From: Octopus sinensis
Taxonomy: Eukaryota
Direction of reading: 5' to 3'
Assembly (NCBI RefSeq): GCF_006345805.1
Contig: NC_043006.1
Location: forward strand, 60,264,001 to 60,328,000
DNA: 64,000 bases
In this document: in pieces, positions 38,183-54,124 of the stretch
Layout of the letters: every line of letters starts with the position of its first letter
Numbering within the stretch: position 1 is the stretch's first letter
Program-made: the position numbers and the translations under genes
The notes under the pieces: model-generated
What the model was told of the DNA's origin: nothing
The model's input: only the letters and a program-made list of their open reading frames with translations
Database searches by the model: none

Positions 38183-39351
38183 CTATAAAGCTGAAGTTGT
38201 GTGTGTGGATGGTTTGGTAGCCTTCAACTAACACTATCTCCTCCGAGACCCTGCGGCGCAAGTTGACCAAAATTGAGAGTATGATAGATGAAGGCTTGCT
38301 CTTCATTCCGGACCATGTTAAGACCAAAAATTATTTACATCAAAAAGCAGTGCAGTTTGAAACTTGAGCTTCAACACAGTGCAAGGGAGATAACTAATGT
38401 TAATACTTTGTCTACAAAATCCTTTCCAGTTCTGGAAAGAGAGAGGACGTTTTAATAACTAAGATTACAATTACGACATCAGGAGCTGATGCACCCTACT
38501 GTTTCAGAAGGACACAGTTTCCCCTACGTGTTGTATTTGCCATGTCCATAAACAAACCACAGGGTCAGACATTATCCATGGCAGGGCTTCACTTGCAGGA
38601 GCCATGTTTCTCACATGGACAATTATACGTTGGATGTTCCCGAGTCGGTAGTCAGAACAGCCTATTTGCTTTGGCTCCATCTGGAAGAACAAAGAACGTT
38701 GTCTATCGCGAAGTGCTGTAACCATATTTCATCAGCGACTATACTATGCATTGCCTTATATTAACTGTTTATCTGAATGAATCTATATCTATAAAGCTGA
38801 AGCTGTGTGTGTGTGGCAGGTTTGGTAGCCTTCAACTAACACTATCTCCTCCGAGCCCCTGCGACGCAAGTTGACCAAAACTGAGAGTATGATAGAAGGC
38901 TTGCTCTTCATTCCGTAGAACAAAAAATTCAAATCGAACCATGTTAAGACCAAAAATTATTTACATCACAAAGGTGCTTTTTTTCTATGAAAAGCCCTAT
39001 GTTCTACGATTTTTTTACTGCTGTGTACTTTTTCTTAATGAATACTGTTGCAGTGTTAACTTCTTAATAGATTTTCTGTGCAGTTCGAAACTTGAGCTTC
39101 ATTTTCCTTTAAATCTACGGGTAAATTGTTTTCTCCACAATGTTAATAGTAGGAATATTAGCTAAGAGTACCAACAATTGAAGTCGGCATTACACATTTG
39201 CAGCACATTCAGGGCAAACTCGAGGATCGCCACACTATACTTTTATTCATAGATTGAAACTATGGCAAAACTTTGTTAACGCGACATCAAAGTCTGCTGT
39301 TTTAAGCGCAACTAAAAAACAAACCCGAGCAACGCCGGGCTATACTGCTAG
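38182..39351 (+). mobile_element. Composite Helitron with helicase fragment (38417-38721), splitting a SINE beta (37916-38178 and 39470-39610)
   Basis: Homolog of 16440-17609 at offset 21742. Confidence 0.82.
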
Positions 39352-39360
39352 CACACACAC

Positions 39361-39472
<112 letters not shown>

Positions 39473-39700
39473 CGGAATCCTTCTACCAAATTACCAAATC
39501 CCTTTACAAGGCTTTGGTCAGCCCGAGGCTATAGTAGATGACAGTTGTCCAAGGTGCTTCGCAGTGGGACTGAACCCGGAACCATGTGGTTGAGAAGCAA
39601 GCTTCTTATCGTTAACAAATGCTAACAATCTCAAAAGTGAGGACTTCAGGCAAAGGAAGTCATCAACAAATAGGTTGTTTGCAAATAAATTTTACAACTG

Positions 39701-42024
39701 CAGTGTTCAACTGGTACTTATTTTATCGACGCCGAAAGGATTAAAGGCAAGGTCGATCCCTGCGAAATTTGAACCCAGAACGTAAAGACGGATCAAATGT
39801 CGATAATCATTTTACCCTGCGTGCTAAATTTTCTTATTTCTTTATTGTCCACAAGGGGCTAAACATAGAGGGGACAAACAAGGACAGACAATGGGATTAA
39901 GTTGATTACATCGACCTCAGTGCGTAACTGGTATTTAGTTTCTCGACCCCGAAAGGATGAAAGGCAAAGTCGACCTCAGCGGAATTTGAACTCAGAACGT
40001 AGCGGCAGACGAAATACCTATTTCTTTACTGCCCACAAGGGGTTAAACACAGAGGGGACAAACAAGGACAAACAAAGGGATTATGTCGTTTACATCGACC
40101 CCAGTGCGTAACAGGCACTTAATTTATCGACCTTGGAAGGATGAAAGGCAAAGTTTACCTCGGCGGAATTTGAACTCAGAACGTAACGGCAAATGAAATA
40201 CGGCTACGCATTTCGCCCGGCGTGCTAACGTTTCTGCCAGCTAGCCGTCTTAGTGTGTCTAAATATGACTATCGAAAAAAGAAGGGGTTAAACTAATATA
40301 CCCTTTGTAATTTTCCTAAAGTACACATATCAAAATATACTAGTTCCTAGTTCCGTATGAAGCTATTTTCTGGGGTGACAAATAAGTAAATTTTGTTTTA
40401 AAGCAAATGGTTCGTTGGGAGACATTTCGGCAATAGTCATAACATTTACGATCCATATCCGGGAGCAAACCCAGACCTGCATACTATTCTCTCTCTCTCT
40501 TTCTCTCTCTCTCTCACACACACACACACATATTTACATGTGTACTTGCCTATATATTGTTTTGATTTGAGATCGCGTGCTGAAACTGGCCATTAGGAAA
40601 TACACAAAGTTAACTTCAATTAAACTTTTATTTTAAAAACTTTTCGCGGACTGCTACCTTGTTCTAAGGAATAGACACGATGTTTACGCCAGGGAAAATG
40701 GTTGGCGACATTTCGTCTTCATGTTCTGAGTTCAAATTCCACCGATGTCCACTTCGCCTTTCATCCTTTCGGGGTCGATAAAATAAGTACCCGTTGAGTA
40801 CTGAGTTCGATGTTATCGACTTAACCCCTTCTCCGAAATTGTTGGCCTTGTGCCAACATTTGAAACTAATATTTTTAGAGAATTTGAGCAAAATCAATAA
40901 ACTGGTAAATATCGCACTAATTCCAATGTTCAACAATGAATTGCTAGGTTACCTATTGTCGTTCTTCCCAAATTTGTTTAAATTTCGATACTTTCACCCT
41001 CACGAGTTTCACTAAGAAAAGAAAAATCGGATTATTCGCATGGAATTAAGTGAAATCGGAAAAAAGGGGTGGGGAAAACTGGACCCCATCCATTCCGGAA
41101 TCATTGGAATATTTTATATTTTCGTTGAATGAATTGCAGTGACCTAATATGCCACAAAATGCTTTTTTGGTCCGGAAAACGGGGTGGAACCCTTGGAAAT
41201 TTCACCTCCCCGTTCTCATTGGGAAGTACACCCGCACGATTTTCACTAAGAAAAAAGAAATTCATTTTTCGTTGAATGAATTACGGTGACCTCCTAATAT
41301 GCCACAAAACCCTTTTTTGGTCCGGAAAACAGAGGGTGGGGCGTGGAACACACGGAAATTTTACCCCACCACTCTCAACATTTTACAAAAATACGTTTTC
41401 CAGAGGGCGGATTACTTGGTTCGTTATTCAATAAATAGAGAATGTGGATTAATATGTTCACATGTATATTGTGTGTATTTTATGCTGAAAATATTTTTTG
41501 TGAAGTCGTAATGAATGCATATATATATGTATATATGGCGTGTGTGTCTGTATAAGTAGACAGGTAAAAATTTACCTACAAAGTACTACTTACTTCTTTA
41601 CTGTCAAATCATTAATTAATCCCAACAAAATACACACTTTTTCTCCACTAAATATTTTCAGTTTTATACCAGTGTTTTAGAAACAGAAAACAAAAATCTT
41701 TCGCGCGCAAACACACTTCAGTTTCTTTTTTGTGTGAGAGGGAGAGAGAGTGAATAAATGTTTTCTCAGAACGTAGCGGCAGACGAAATACTTATTTCTT
41801 TACAGCCCAAAAGGGGTTAAAGACAGAGAGGACAAACAAGGACAGACAAACAGATGAAGTCGATTACATCGATCCCAGTGCGTAACTGGCACTTATTTAA
41901 TCGACCCGAAAGGATGAAAGGCAAAGTCGACCTCGGCGGAATTTGAACTCCGAACGTAACGGCAGACGAAATACGGCTACGCATTTCGCCCCGGCGTGCC
42001 AACGTTTCTGCCAGCTCGCCACCT
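39701..42024. mobile_element. SINE alpha copies (39701-40248 minus cluster, 40684-40873 plus, 41767-42024 minus)
   Basis: Homologs of the unit A copies at offset ~21781. Confidence 0.75.
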
Positions 42025-42391
42025 TTAAATAGAGGGAAATATTAGAGTTCAATATGAGGAGTTATTTTGGAAAAGGAAGCAAATAAGGAGTATATAGGGA
42101 AATAGAATGTAGAGATAAAAATAAAAATGTATAAAGATGTTATAGTTACAGTTCCGTTATCCAAGGAAAGTGGTTGAAATGCTTCCTGTCCGTGGTTTGT
42201 AAATTCTAATATGTATGTACACGTGCATGTAGGCGTGTATATGTGCGCACGTGTATGCGTTTATGCATGTATTTAGGGGTATGCGTGTGTGCGCATATAT
42301 ATATGTGTATGGATGTGCATGTATGTTTGTATGGGCATCTGTATGCATACGTATGTGCGTATATATTTGTACGTGTATATGTATCTGTATG

Positions 42392-42431
<40 letters not shown>

Positions 42432-43022
42432 GATGCATGCATGCATACAGGTTTAAATACACTAGTACGCAAGTCTACATAATAATGCATTTCACACACA
42501 CATACATGTGCATGTGTGCGTGCGTATATCGATATACACTTCTCTCTTTCCTTCTCTCTGATTCCTCTCTCCATACTATAACATTAGCCAGTTGAATAAG
42601 CATATAAATCTATTTATAGAAACTTGACCAGTCTTAGTATTCTTCCCTTCCAATTTGTGGTTTACTACTGACTTTAGAAACCCTCCTCCTATATCTTTTT
42701 CTGTACCCATTCCTTAACACCATTGTAACATATCACTCCACCTCACACATATTCACTACATTCATTCTTATCACTTCTTACCCTCCCCTACTCCTCTCCC
42801 ATTCCCCCCTCATAATATCTTGACCACCATCTAACACTCCTTTCACTTTTTTCACTTCCTTCTACCTTTTTCATTTTCTCTTCTTTTTTTCATTTTCTCA
42901 TCTTGTCTTCATCTTCTCTTCCTATTTCTTTCCTTCTTCTTTTCTCACCTTTTCCTTTGATCTCTTTCTTCATTTTAACATACACAGCTCTTCTCCCCTC
43001 TCTATCTACTAACATATGATCA

Positions 43023-43361
43023 CCTAACTCCCCAAACTGCAACCCCTTTGATTATTATGTGTGAGGCGCTGTTGGGCGAGAGATTAACAAAACTCCTTGT
43101 AACACCAAAGATGAACTGAAAGCAAGGATTATGGCAGCATTCACCAACTTAAAGAAAGAGACAGTCCAGAAGAGTTGCAGGAGATTCCGAAATAGTTTGG
43201 ATGCTGTGGTTGATCCCAATGGCGATTTTATTGAATAAATTTACTTTTTAGTATTTCAAGATATTTTTATGTAATTTTAGTAAATATATCTGTTAAAATG
43301 AGATGTCGGTGTTATTTTCATTTTTGCATAATTTAAACAACAATATATTCACCACACCCTG
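43023..43361 (+). mobile_element. Tc1/mariner 3' fragment
   Basis: Homolog of 21237-21575 (PNSPNCNPFDYYV*G...). Confidence 0.82.
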
Positions 43362-44133
43362 TATGTGTGTTTTACTGTATATGTTAGTTTTACTGTCTCC
43401 TTGCCTTAAATTCGAGCAGTGGTTTTGTGTGTCATTAATGCAAGAGATGTTCTTCGTTTTCAGCCATCCACATAATCAGGCCTAGGCTTGGATACCTTTC
43501 CCATCGACTATCCTCACCTGCTTCCATATGAGGGTTGGCGACGGGGGTGACATTCGGCTATACAAAATCTGTCTGTTCCATGCGAGCGTGGACGTTTCAT
43601 ATATATTCATATTGCATGGATTATAATATTTTCAACCGAAATGTTACAACCGTATCTGATTGATCAAGTGCTTCAGTTCTGCTTATGTACATATATTTAC
43701 TCCATTGCTAGCATTTATCAATGGTTTCTCTCATTGTCTCGATGCACCATTTTCTATCATTAATAAAACCGTCGACATTTTTGACAACACAGGTATGCTT
43801 GTTTGCTAATAATATCTTGTATTAAAAACTAAGTGTGGACGTGAAAATGCTTCTACATTTGTGCTTTAAATGTAAACTTGTTAAAATTTTAGCCCTTCGT
43901 TTAATGGAATAACGGCAAGAGTTTGTTTTAGTGTAATTAATAGCATTTGTTGGGTTTTAGATGCGTGAAACGTGTAATAGATTTCCACCCTTTCTCCTTC
44001 CAAAGGGTTTTTTCTTTGTCTTAGTAGCTATTGTTTCTAACTGCAATCATTTCGAGACACATCGTTAATAAAACTCATTTACACATTTCACCATAATTCT
44101 ATGCCTCCGTTTTATTTCTCGCTGTATACGTAC

Positions 44134-44336
44134 GGCGCAGGCATGGCTGCGTGGTAAAAAGCTTGCTCCCCAATCACATGGTTCCAAGTTCAGTCCGTGG
44201 CACCTTGGGTAAGTGTCTTCTACTTTAGCCTCGGACCGACCAAAACCTTGTGAGTGGATTTGGTAGACGGAAACTGAAAGAAGCCTATCATATATATATA
44301 TATATATACACACGCACACACACATGCACGCACACG

Positions 44337-44418
<82 letters not shown>

Positions 44419-44637
44419 TGAATATGTCTTGTGTCTGTGTTTGCCCCCCTACCATCGCTTGACAACTGATACTGGTGTATTTAGGTCCCAGTAATGTAGC
44501 GGTTCGGCAAAATAGTCCGATAGAATAAGTACTCGGCTTACAAAGAACAAGTTCTGCGGCGGATTTCTTCGACTAAAACCTTTTAAGTTGGTGCTCCAGC
44601 ATGGCTGTAGTTAAATGACTGAATCAAGTAAAAGAGT
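44134..44637 (+). mobile_element. SINE beta, full length
   Basis: Homolog of 22347-22816. Confidence 0.83.
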
Positions 44638-44979
44638 ATATATATATTTAAAACGTTTTGAGATTGTCTCTACAGATTCTCTATCGAAATTATAGCCAGC
44701 ACTGATTTGTGACAACATTTCATATTCAAATACGTCTAATGTAAACAGTGCAATCGAAGATAGAAAAAGTATGTAATGGATTTATATGAACATTGCCTCA
44801 ACACATCTAACCCATTAACTGTTCACGAACTCATTGTTTAAATAGCTACAAAATATAGCGGTGCAACACTAGCGGATCTACCAGTTGTACACATCTATAG
44901 TCTTCATTGTAACTACCTTGATTTCCCCTATGTGACACCTTTTAAAATCTCACCTTAATTTTCTCCCCTGTCTCCCCTA

Positions 44980-45886
44980 CTACCTGACATAGATGCCAAT
45001 TTAAAGAATGCCACAGTATTGAAATATGCAGACGACATCAAGCTGTACCTTGAAATCAAGAGGACAGATCCTGATGTCTACAACTCTTTCCTGCAATCAG
45101 ACCTAGACACAATGCAGCAATGGATCACAGACTGGCAACTGAAACTGGCCGTGGACAAGTGTACCACCATGCATTTTGGGAGAAAAAACCCTGCGTCCAC
45201 ATACTCCCTCCACAACACTGATATCAAGAAATCCCCTTGCGAGCGTGACCTAGGCATCACTGTCAGCAGTGATTTGCGTTGGACAAAGCATATCTCTAAA
45301 ATTGTCAAGAAGGCCGAGGGTGTCTTGGTATCACTCAGCAAGACTTTTGTTAGCCGCTCTCCAGCCATCTATTTAAAACTGTATACAGCTATGGTACGAC
45401 CACACTTGGAATTCGCATCATCAGTTTGGAACCCCTATCTTGCTCAGAACATTGACTTCCTGGAATCTGTCCAGAGACGTGTAACCAAACGTATACCGTC
45501 CATCAGACACCTACCATATTCTGAGCCCATTGTTTCCCTGGGAATGGATTCACTGAAGCTCCGGCGTCTGGCGACGGACTTGGTAAACACCCACAAAGTT
45601 ATCAACCACCTCACCAACAACAACACTGAACACCTTTTTGATCTCCATGTGTCTAACACACGTGGACATGCCTACAAAGCCAGAAAACAACACAGCTCCC
45701 ATGACTTTCGGAAACATTTTTTCACGCTCAGAGTTGCTGAAGCATGGAATAAACTGCCTGCGTCAGTTGTTGACTGCCATGACACTGCATCCTTTAAGGC
45801 CCTCATGCTTTCCGAAATCCGCCGAAACTACACCTGATTATATATACACTTTAGATGAGTTGTAGTGCACCTGAGCACTGTACACA

Positions 45887-45921
<35 letters not shown>

Positions 45922-46356
45922 TTACCGTTGCTCTATTTTACTTTACCTCTCTCCCTTTCTCTCTCCCTCTCACTCTCTCTCTATCCAACATTTCCTCTGC
46001 TTTTCCTGTCACCTGCTTCTGCTGATCACCACTCTTTTCTATCGCCCTTTGCGTCCAATTATATTTAGATTATATTTAGATGAAGGTCATTTTATTATTC
46101 TCCCCGTGCACTAGAACTCTTCCTCTTTCAAGAGGAAAGGCACCATCCTTTATACTCTGTATCTACTTGTTTTCTACAAGTTTTATATTTCCCCTCTGTG
46201 CGTTTTCAGTGGCAAAACTTGATTTCATTTCGTTCAAACTGGTAATTTCCAGACTAATCATCGAAACGGTTCCTAACCGCCGAAATCGTGTAACTCTTGC
46301 AGCATTATAGACCCTTGGGCAAATCACTGCACATGGCTCTATAGTATTTATTTATT
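44980..46356 (+). mobile_element. 5'-truncated CR1-type LINE (RT fragment 45019-45837)
   Basis: Homolog of 23158-24508; YADD motif. Confidence 0.88.
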
Positions 46357-46549
46357 GACAGCAAGCCACGTCATACAAAGATTAGAATTGGACCCTTAGA
46401 CCTATGAGGCTCCTAGACAACTGCGTATTGTGCCGATGCTTTGAAGTAGCACTGGACTCTGTATTAAAAACGTCGGCTGATGAAATGGGTTTATATGTAT
46501 GTCTGTCTTTTCTTCTCTCCTTTGATTGTCGTACATGACATGGTAAGAA

Positions 46550-46783
46550 GGCGGCGAATTGGCAGAATCGTTAGCACGCCGGCGAAATGCGTAGCCGTAT
46601 TTCGTCTGCTGTTACGTCCTGAGTTCAAATTCCGCCGAGGTCGACTTTGCCTTTCATCCTTTCGAGGTCGATAAATTAAGTACCAGTTACGCACTGGGGT
46701 CGATGTAATCGACTTAATCTGTTTGTCTGTCCTTGTTTGTCCTGTCTGTGTTTAGCCCCTTGTGGGTAGTAAAGAAATAGGTA
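46550..46783 (+). mobile_element. SINE alpha
   Basis: Homolog of 846-1079. Confidence 0.82.
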
Positions 46784-46842
46784 AGCATTCAAACAGTATA
46801 CGCATATACACACACGTATTCATATACACAAGTACGCACACA

Positions 46843-46886
<44 letters not shown>

Positions 46887-47445
46887 TAGATAGATAGATA
46901 GATATATATATAGAGAGAGTGTGTGTATATATGTACGTATGTGTATACATATGAATATATGGATATGCAAGTTATTCATAAGAAATAAAGACAAGGGTCG
47001 AAGAACCCGAATTCTATTAAAACCCCGGGGGAACAACATCACCACGACGACTATTATTATCACTGCTGCTGGTTACTCGACGGCTACAGCCACTCTTATA
47101 GAAAACAAGTCTTGACGACACTTTTTAATTTACCAAAACAGATAGTAGCAATTTGCCGTCACAGACAGTTCAATTGTCATGCCACGAAAATTGACGGAAA
47201 CTACCACGTGCTCTTGCAGAAAAAGGAAAGTAAACTATGAATGGTAATTTTAATTTTAACTTTATTTTATTAATAGCTCTTTCCTCTCTACATATTCCAT
47301 TTTAGTACATATTTTTGAAAAGGTTGTTCAAAAATCGAAACATGTAAAACAAATCTAAAACATTCTTCTTTTAATGTATTTATATAAAGGAAAATTAAAA
47401 TGTGCCCAATTTTTGAAAGTAGCATTTTAGTTCTTTTTCATAAAT

Positions 47446-47850
47446 CTGTGTGGTAAGTATCTTGCTTACCAACCACATGGTTCCGGGTTCAGTCCCACTC
47501 GTGGCACCTTGGGCACGTGTCTTCTGCTATAGCCTCGGGCCGACCAAAGCCTTGTGAGTAGATTTGGTAGACGGAAACTGAAAGAAGCCCGTCGTATATA
47601 TGTATATATATATGTATGTGTGTGTATATGTTTGTGTCTGTGTTTGTCCTCCCAACATCGCTTCACAGCCGATGTTGGTGTGTTTACGTCCCCGTAACAT
47701 AGCGGTTCGGCAAAAGAGAGCACTAGAATAAGTACTAGGATTCCAAAGAATAAGTCCTGGGGTCAATTTGGGCGACTAAAGGCGGTACTCCAGCATAGCG
47801 GCAATCAAATCACTGAAACAAGTAAAAGTAAAAAGTAAAATAAGTAAAAG
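47446..47850 (+). mobile_element. SINE beta
   Basis: Homolog of 1746-2150. Confidence 0.82.
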
Positions 47851-47877
47851 GATATATATATATATATATATATATAT

Positions 47878-49605
47878 AAATTCGGGGTGAGTACTTGATA
47901 ATTGTAAGCACCTGTATATACCGTTTGGTGGTGTAGGTGGTGGAGTAAATTAATCAAAATAAAAACATGATGCCAAGGATTCAGCGGTACATATGTTTCG
48001 GGCCTTTATTAGACGGATTTATAACAATGCATAATGTATGTCTGTGGCCTTCTTCAGCCGCGCACAACAACTTCCACAAGGACATGTATTACATCAAAAA
48101 TTCTTGGTTGGGGATGCAAATCCTCTCATTCGCGTACGACATAATGCGGCAACAGCATAAAAATGAAGCGTCCATCTCGTTCTTCTCTCAATGTAGAATG
48201 AGGAAATTTGGATGTTGAAGTAATGTAAATAAATTAATAAATAAATATATACATATATAAATATATAAATGCAGACAGACGTGAAGGAACCTGGTAATAA
48301 GAGTAAATAGAGATAAAGATGGAGGGGCGAGAATTCAGGACGAAGGATAAAAAATATATAAAAAGTGTAAGTATAGAAAAATATAAAAATGTAGAGTATA
48401 AAGATATAAAGAGATATAAAAAATATTAAAAAATATAAATGAATATAAAGGTATAAAGTTATAAAAATAAAGTTATTAAAATAAAAATAGAAATAAAAAT
48501 AATAAAAAATGTAACAGAATATAAGGATAAGGGATAAATAGTAGTTATGGACCAAACATGGTGGACAGGGAAATGACAAATTCTGGTTGTAGAAGTCTTG
48601 GGTGTCATAAATCAACAGGGGCGTCTGGGGACTTAGTGTATTGTAAATCAGAGTTGTTGAGCAGCTTATCTAGTTCCTCTAGTTCTTCGTAACGTATTAA
48701 GTGGTCATCTTGTACATACGTACCCGCATGGATACATACACCCATATACACGCGCACATATATGCACGCATACCCAGCCACAAGCATATAAGCATACATA
48801 CGTACGCACGTGTAAACATATACAGATACACATATACACATACACACATGCGCATATATATATACACACACAACAGAATATGCATATATATACACGGACA
48901 ATATACATGTACATATACATATACACACACACACACATACGTATATACATATATATATATATACACATACACATATGCATACATATATATATGCACATGT
49001 ATACATATACATACATACACATATACATACACACACGTATATATATATACTCACACCCATACCCACACACGCACATATATATGTGTGCATACATGCACAC
49101 CCACGTGTGCATACATACACGCATACATACATACACACGGACCCACGCGCACGTATCCACACGCACACACACACACATCTGTGTGTCTATACGCGCGTGT
49201 GCGCATACCCTTACATACACATACACAGATGCCCACACATACAGGTATAGAAATAAGATATTAAAAGATGTATAAAAATTAGAAATGAAGTATAAAAATT
49301 ATAAAAACTATAAAAATTAAAATAAAGAATGAAAATAAAAATAAGAATAAAGGTAAAGCAAAATAAAATAGGATAAAATAAAATAAAAATATAATCGGGT
49401 AAAGCTTAACATGAGATGAAGGTAAAAATAAAAGGTGGTTGAAAGTGTAAAGTTAAAGGTGTGTGCTAAAGGTGACCACGTAGGGGCGGGCGGGGGGAAC
49501 TGAAAATTGGAAGGGTGGGAAGCGGGGTTTGGTGGTGCGTGCTCAACATCAGAGTTAGAAATGGGAAAAAGGTATAGATATAGGGAAACAAAAAATTTAG
49601 ATAGG
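47878..49605 (-). mobile_element. Penelope-like element family 2, unit C copy, truncated by an ~888-bp deletion
   Basis: 3' UTR and hammerhead retained; junction gatagg|accgcc joins unit-A positions 3917 and 4806. Confidence 0.78.
47984..48061 (-). ncRNA. Family-2 hammerhead, unit C
   Basis: Identical core to 2296-2373. Confidence 0.8.
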
Positions 49606-50017
49606 ACCGCCTTTAGTCGAACAAATCGACCCCGGGACATATTCTTTGTAAGCCCAGTACTTATTCTATCGGTCTCTTTTGCCGAACCGCTAAGAGACGG
49701 GGATGTAAACACACCAGCATCGGTTGTCAAGCAATGCTAGGGGGACAAACACAGACACACAAACACACACACACATATATATAGTATTGCTGTCTATAAA
49801 CACATTGATTAAAACGTGATGATAATGAAGAACTTATTTAACCACCACCTTGTGAAACACCTCTGATACTATTGTTTGTTATCGTAAGAAGGCCCAACCT
49901 ATTTATGAATAGTTTATTTTTAGGAAGAAACCATTTATTTTTGCTGTTTCTAAATACGGAATTTGTAAAGCCAATTAATTCCCACGATGTATGCAGTTGA
50001 TCACGTTTATTGCGGCC

Positions 50018-50026
50018 TATATAAAG
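50018..50026 (+). promoter_or_regulatory. TATA box of copy C
   Basis: TATATAAAG, 107 nt upstream of ATG 50125. Confidence 0.72.
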
Positions 50027-50124
50027 CGTACGTTTGAGACGTTTGTCAAACTCATCCTTGTTTCGGTAAACAACAGTCACCAGTCTACAAGAGGCAGAAA
50101 GAAAAGATAAACCAACTGGCCAAC

Positions 50125-50182
50125 ATGCTGCGACTATTGCTACTAGTAACAGTAGCTATTTCTTATGTGAACAGCTACAACA
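50125..50182 (+). CDS. Exon 1 (signal peptide) of copy C
   Basis: MLRLLLLVTVAISYVNSYN plus 1 nt, GTAAGT donor. Confidence 0.85.
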
Positions 50183-50358
50183 GTAAGTAAATTACACCGC
50201 TATTCATAATTCATTTCTTTCTTATTTTAAAGTTATTTCGTTCAATTTATCAACAGTAGTGTTATTACGACTAACTTATCCATGCATGTTATTTAAAATA
50301 TCGGTGCTACCTAAGACACTTTTCAGTTTTGGCTCTAATTTCTATAGAAAATCTAGAG

Positions 50359-50408
<50 letters not shown>

Positions 50409-51593
50409 ACACACACACATACACACACACACACATATATATGCATGCATGTATGTATGTATATGTATACATATACATCTATACCTAACTCTCTATATTT
50501 ATATAACCACAATGGGTTAGAGCCCACACCGTCGCTCCAAATACGTGGCTTCACTACTACCGAGGATCTCCCCTGGTTTCTGACAAAGGTACATCCTTAG
50601 CATCTATAGGATCGCTTTTCAAAGTCTAGCCCTTCTGTTTAGGAACCAGAATACACTTTAGTATCCAGCAGGTGTTGTCATTCTACAAGGCTTACTTGAA
50701 ACCCACAATAAGTACTACTGCCGCAAGTAAAACAGTGGCACCACTTTGCGTGATGACATATTGGACGCATCGAGACAAAGACCATTGATTAGAATTCAGT
50801 CACTAATGAGTACACTCCAATATCTGTGGACGGGTGCGCTGTGTCCTCTCTGTCTTTTCAATCGCTATTCTAATGGCCTCTGTTTCTGGGGACTGGTTTG
50901 TCTCGTACTACCACCACCCAGGCACAATCGACCCACTCGTCTCTGCAACAATTTTGAAGAGCAGGAGTTAGTTGATACCATAGATCTCATTACTTGACTG
51001 GCGGGTATACTGGGCTTCATATATTTTACCCCAGTTTAACTTTGATGGCAAGCACAGCTCTGTCATTCAGTAATAATCGATCTCAGAGAGATGAACAACA
51101 AAGTTGATTTCGACGAGAGGCGAACTCAGCAATAAAACACAATTTTGGAACGGGATACAGCCTATTCCATACTTAAAACGTGAGGTCGACTGTTTCTACC
51201 GGTGATCTATCACTTTCGAAAAGCATAAATAACAATTTTAGGTAGAAAATGAAATTAGATGGAAAAATTATTCAAAAAATTACGTTATCTTTTATCTACC
51301 GCCGTGCTTTTGGCGTATATCAGCAAAATTCCACATTTTTTCCTTGCTCCACCTTTGGTGCCTCCACTCTGTCTTTATTCTCTTTCATTTTAGTCAACGT
51401 CGATGCTTCATTTTCATGCTATTGTCTCTCTCCACAACCCAACTCCTCTTCTTCTGGTATAGTTTGTAAACTCGTTTCTGTCACCTCCTTATCACCTTCC
51501 TCCTCAAGCTCCTTCTCCTTCTCTTTTTTCTTTTTCTGCCTTCTCGTTCTTTTCTTTTTCACTTATTTACTACTGTGAACGCCTCTTCTGTTA

Positions 51594-51818
51594 TACTAAC
51601 TATTTCTTTACTACCCACATGGGGCTAAACACAGAGAGAACAAACAAGGACAGACCAACGGATTAAGTCGATTTTACCGACCCCAGTGAATAACTGGTAC
51701 TCTGACAGGATGAAAGGCAAAGTCGACCTCGGCGGAATTTGAACTCAGAACGTAACGGCAGACGAAATAAGGTTTCACATTTCGCCCGGGGTGATAACGT
51801 TTCTGCCAGCTCGCCGCC
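51594..51818 (-). mobile_element. SINE alpha with TSD
   Basis: cgcctcttctgtta at 51580-51593 and 51815-51828. Confidence 0.82.
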
Positions 51819-52067
51819 TCTTCTGTTACTACCATCTCCTTCACACCCTCTAGCACCACTTCGTCTTCCTTCTCTTATTCTTCAGGCTATTCCATCCGTT
51901 GTTCCTCCTCTTTTTGGGGACACCTTGCCTTCATGTGGTCTTTCTCCCCAAATACATAGCATATAGGAAGCATACCCTCCACTACTACTTTCAGCCTCAC
52001 ATACACTACTAAAAATTATTTCCTCTGTAATTTTGTTTAAGTCATTTAATCTTGCTTGTACGGCCAT

Positions 52068-52899
<832 letters not shown>

Positions 52900-53500
52900 A
52901 TTTTCACAGACATAAATAAAGTATAATAAAGCAGTAATTAAAACATGATATCGTTTAAAGAAGTAGGATATGAAAGATATTCCGATCCCGTTCGCTAAAA
53001 CTATTTTACAAGCGAATACAGCAGTGAACATTTTTGAGATATTTAAGGTTCAAAAATAGCAACGTCTTGAGGATATTCTTTTTCAAGTTGGATATAATGT
53101 CTTAATGTTAATTTTGCTAGTAATATTTTACATGTTAATTACTTTATGTAACTTATTGTTTTTGTATGATTCTAATTTCTTTGAGGAGGTCGGTACTCCA
53201 TAGATGCGTAATTTTGTCAGTTGGTTTTCTGTTTATTTTCCTGAGAGGAGATTTCAATGCTGGTTAAAAGGAATTGATCCTTCTAACCTGTTTTCTTTGT
53301 GTCTCGGTATGGTTCTATGGTGTTTGTAAGGTCAGTCGGACTAGCACGTATACTTCGACGCTTCGCGACCACATATCACCTTTTGTTAAATCTGCCTCGA
53401 TTACTCTCCCATACTGATACAGGATGTTTCGAACCGATCGTTGTAAGTAACAAAGTTTCCCTTGTGTTTCATTTTCTATCATTTGTTTTTATATATATAT

Positions 53501-53579
<79 letters not shown>

Positions 53580-53609
53580 ATATATGTATATATATATATA
53601 TATATATAC

Positions 53610-53651
<42 letters not shown>

Positions 53652-53654
53652 GTG

Positions 53655-53686
<32 letters not shown>

Positions 53687-53739
53687 TAATACATGTGTAT
53701 ATATATATGTATATATATATATATATATATACATGTGTG

Positions 53740-53771
<32 letters not shown>

Positions 53772-53781
53772 TATACATATG

Positions 53782-53821
<40 letters not shown>

Positions 53822-54008
53822 CTACAAAAATTAGAGAATGAGAAATATACTTAAATCAGTAAAACATCAACTATCCGATGAAACTCAATCCATACTTTAA
53901 TACACCATTACATATGAGTAAAGGCAATACATAAAATGAAATGAGATATACAGTAATAGTAAAAGATAAAGAGATATAAGTAAAAAATTATCAAATATGA
54001 TATAAATC

Positions 54009-54124
54009 AAAACTGACAGCTGTTTCGGCAGTGAGGACAGTCATACCTCATTTAACCTATAAGCCATAAGGCAGGTATAAATGAGGCATTAACAAGGATG
54101 CCCCACGGCCTCTTCAGAGAATTA
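54009..54124 (-). ncRNA. Type I hammerhead ribozyme (PLE family 1) with 84-nt branched stem II
   Basis: CU CUGAAGA GGC...GCC GAAA C AGCU G UC^ AG. Canonical G10.1-C11.1 pair and GUC site, palindromic AGCU loop III, cleavage between 54015 and 54014. Confidence 0.88.
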
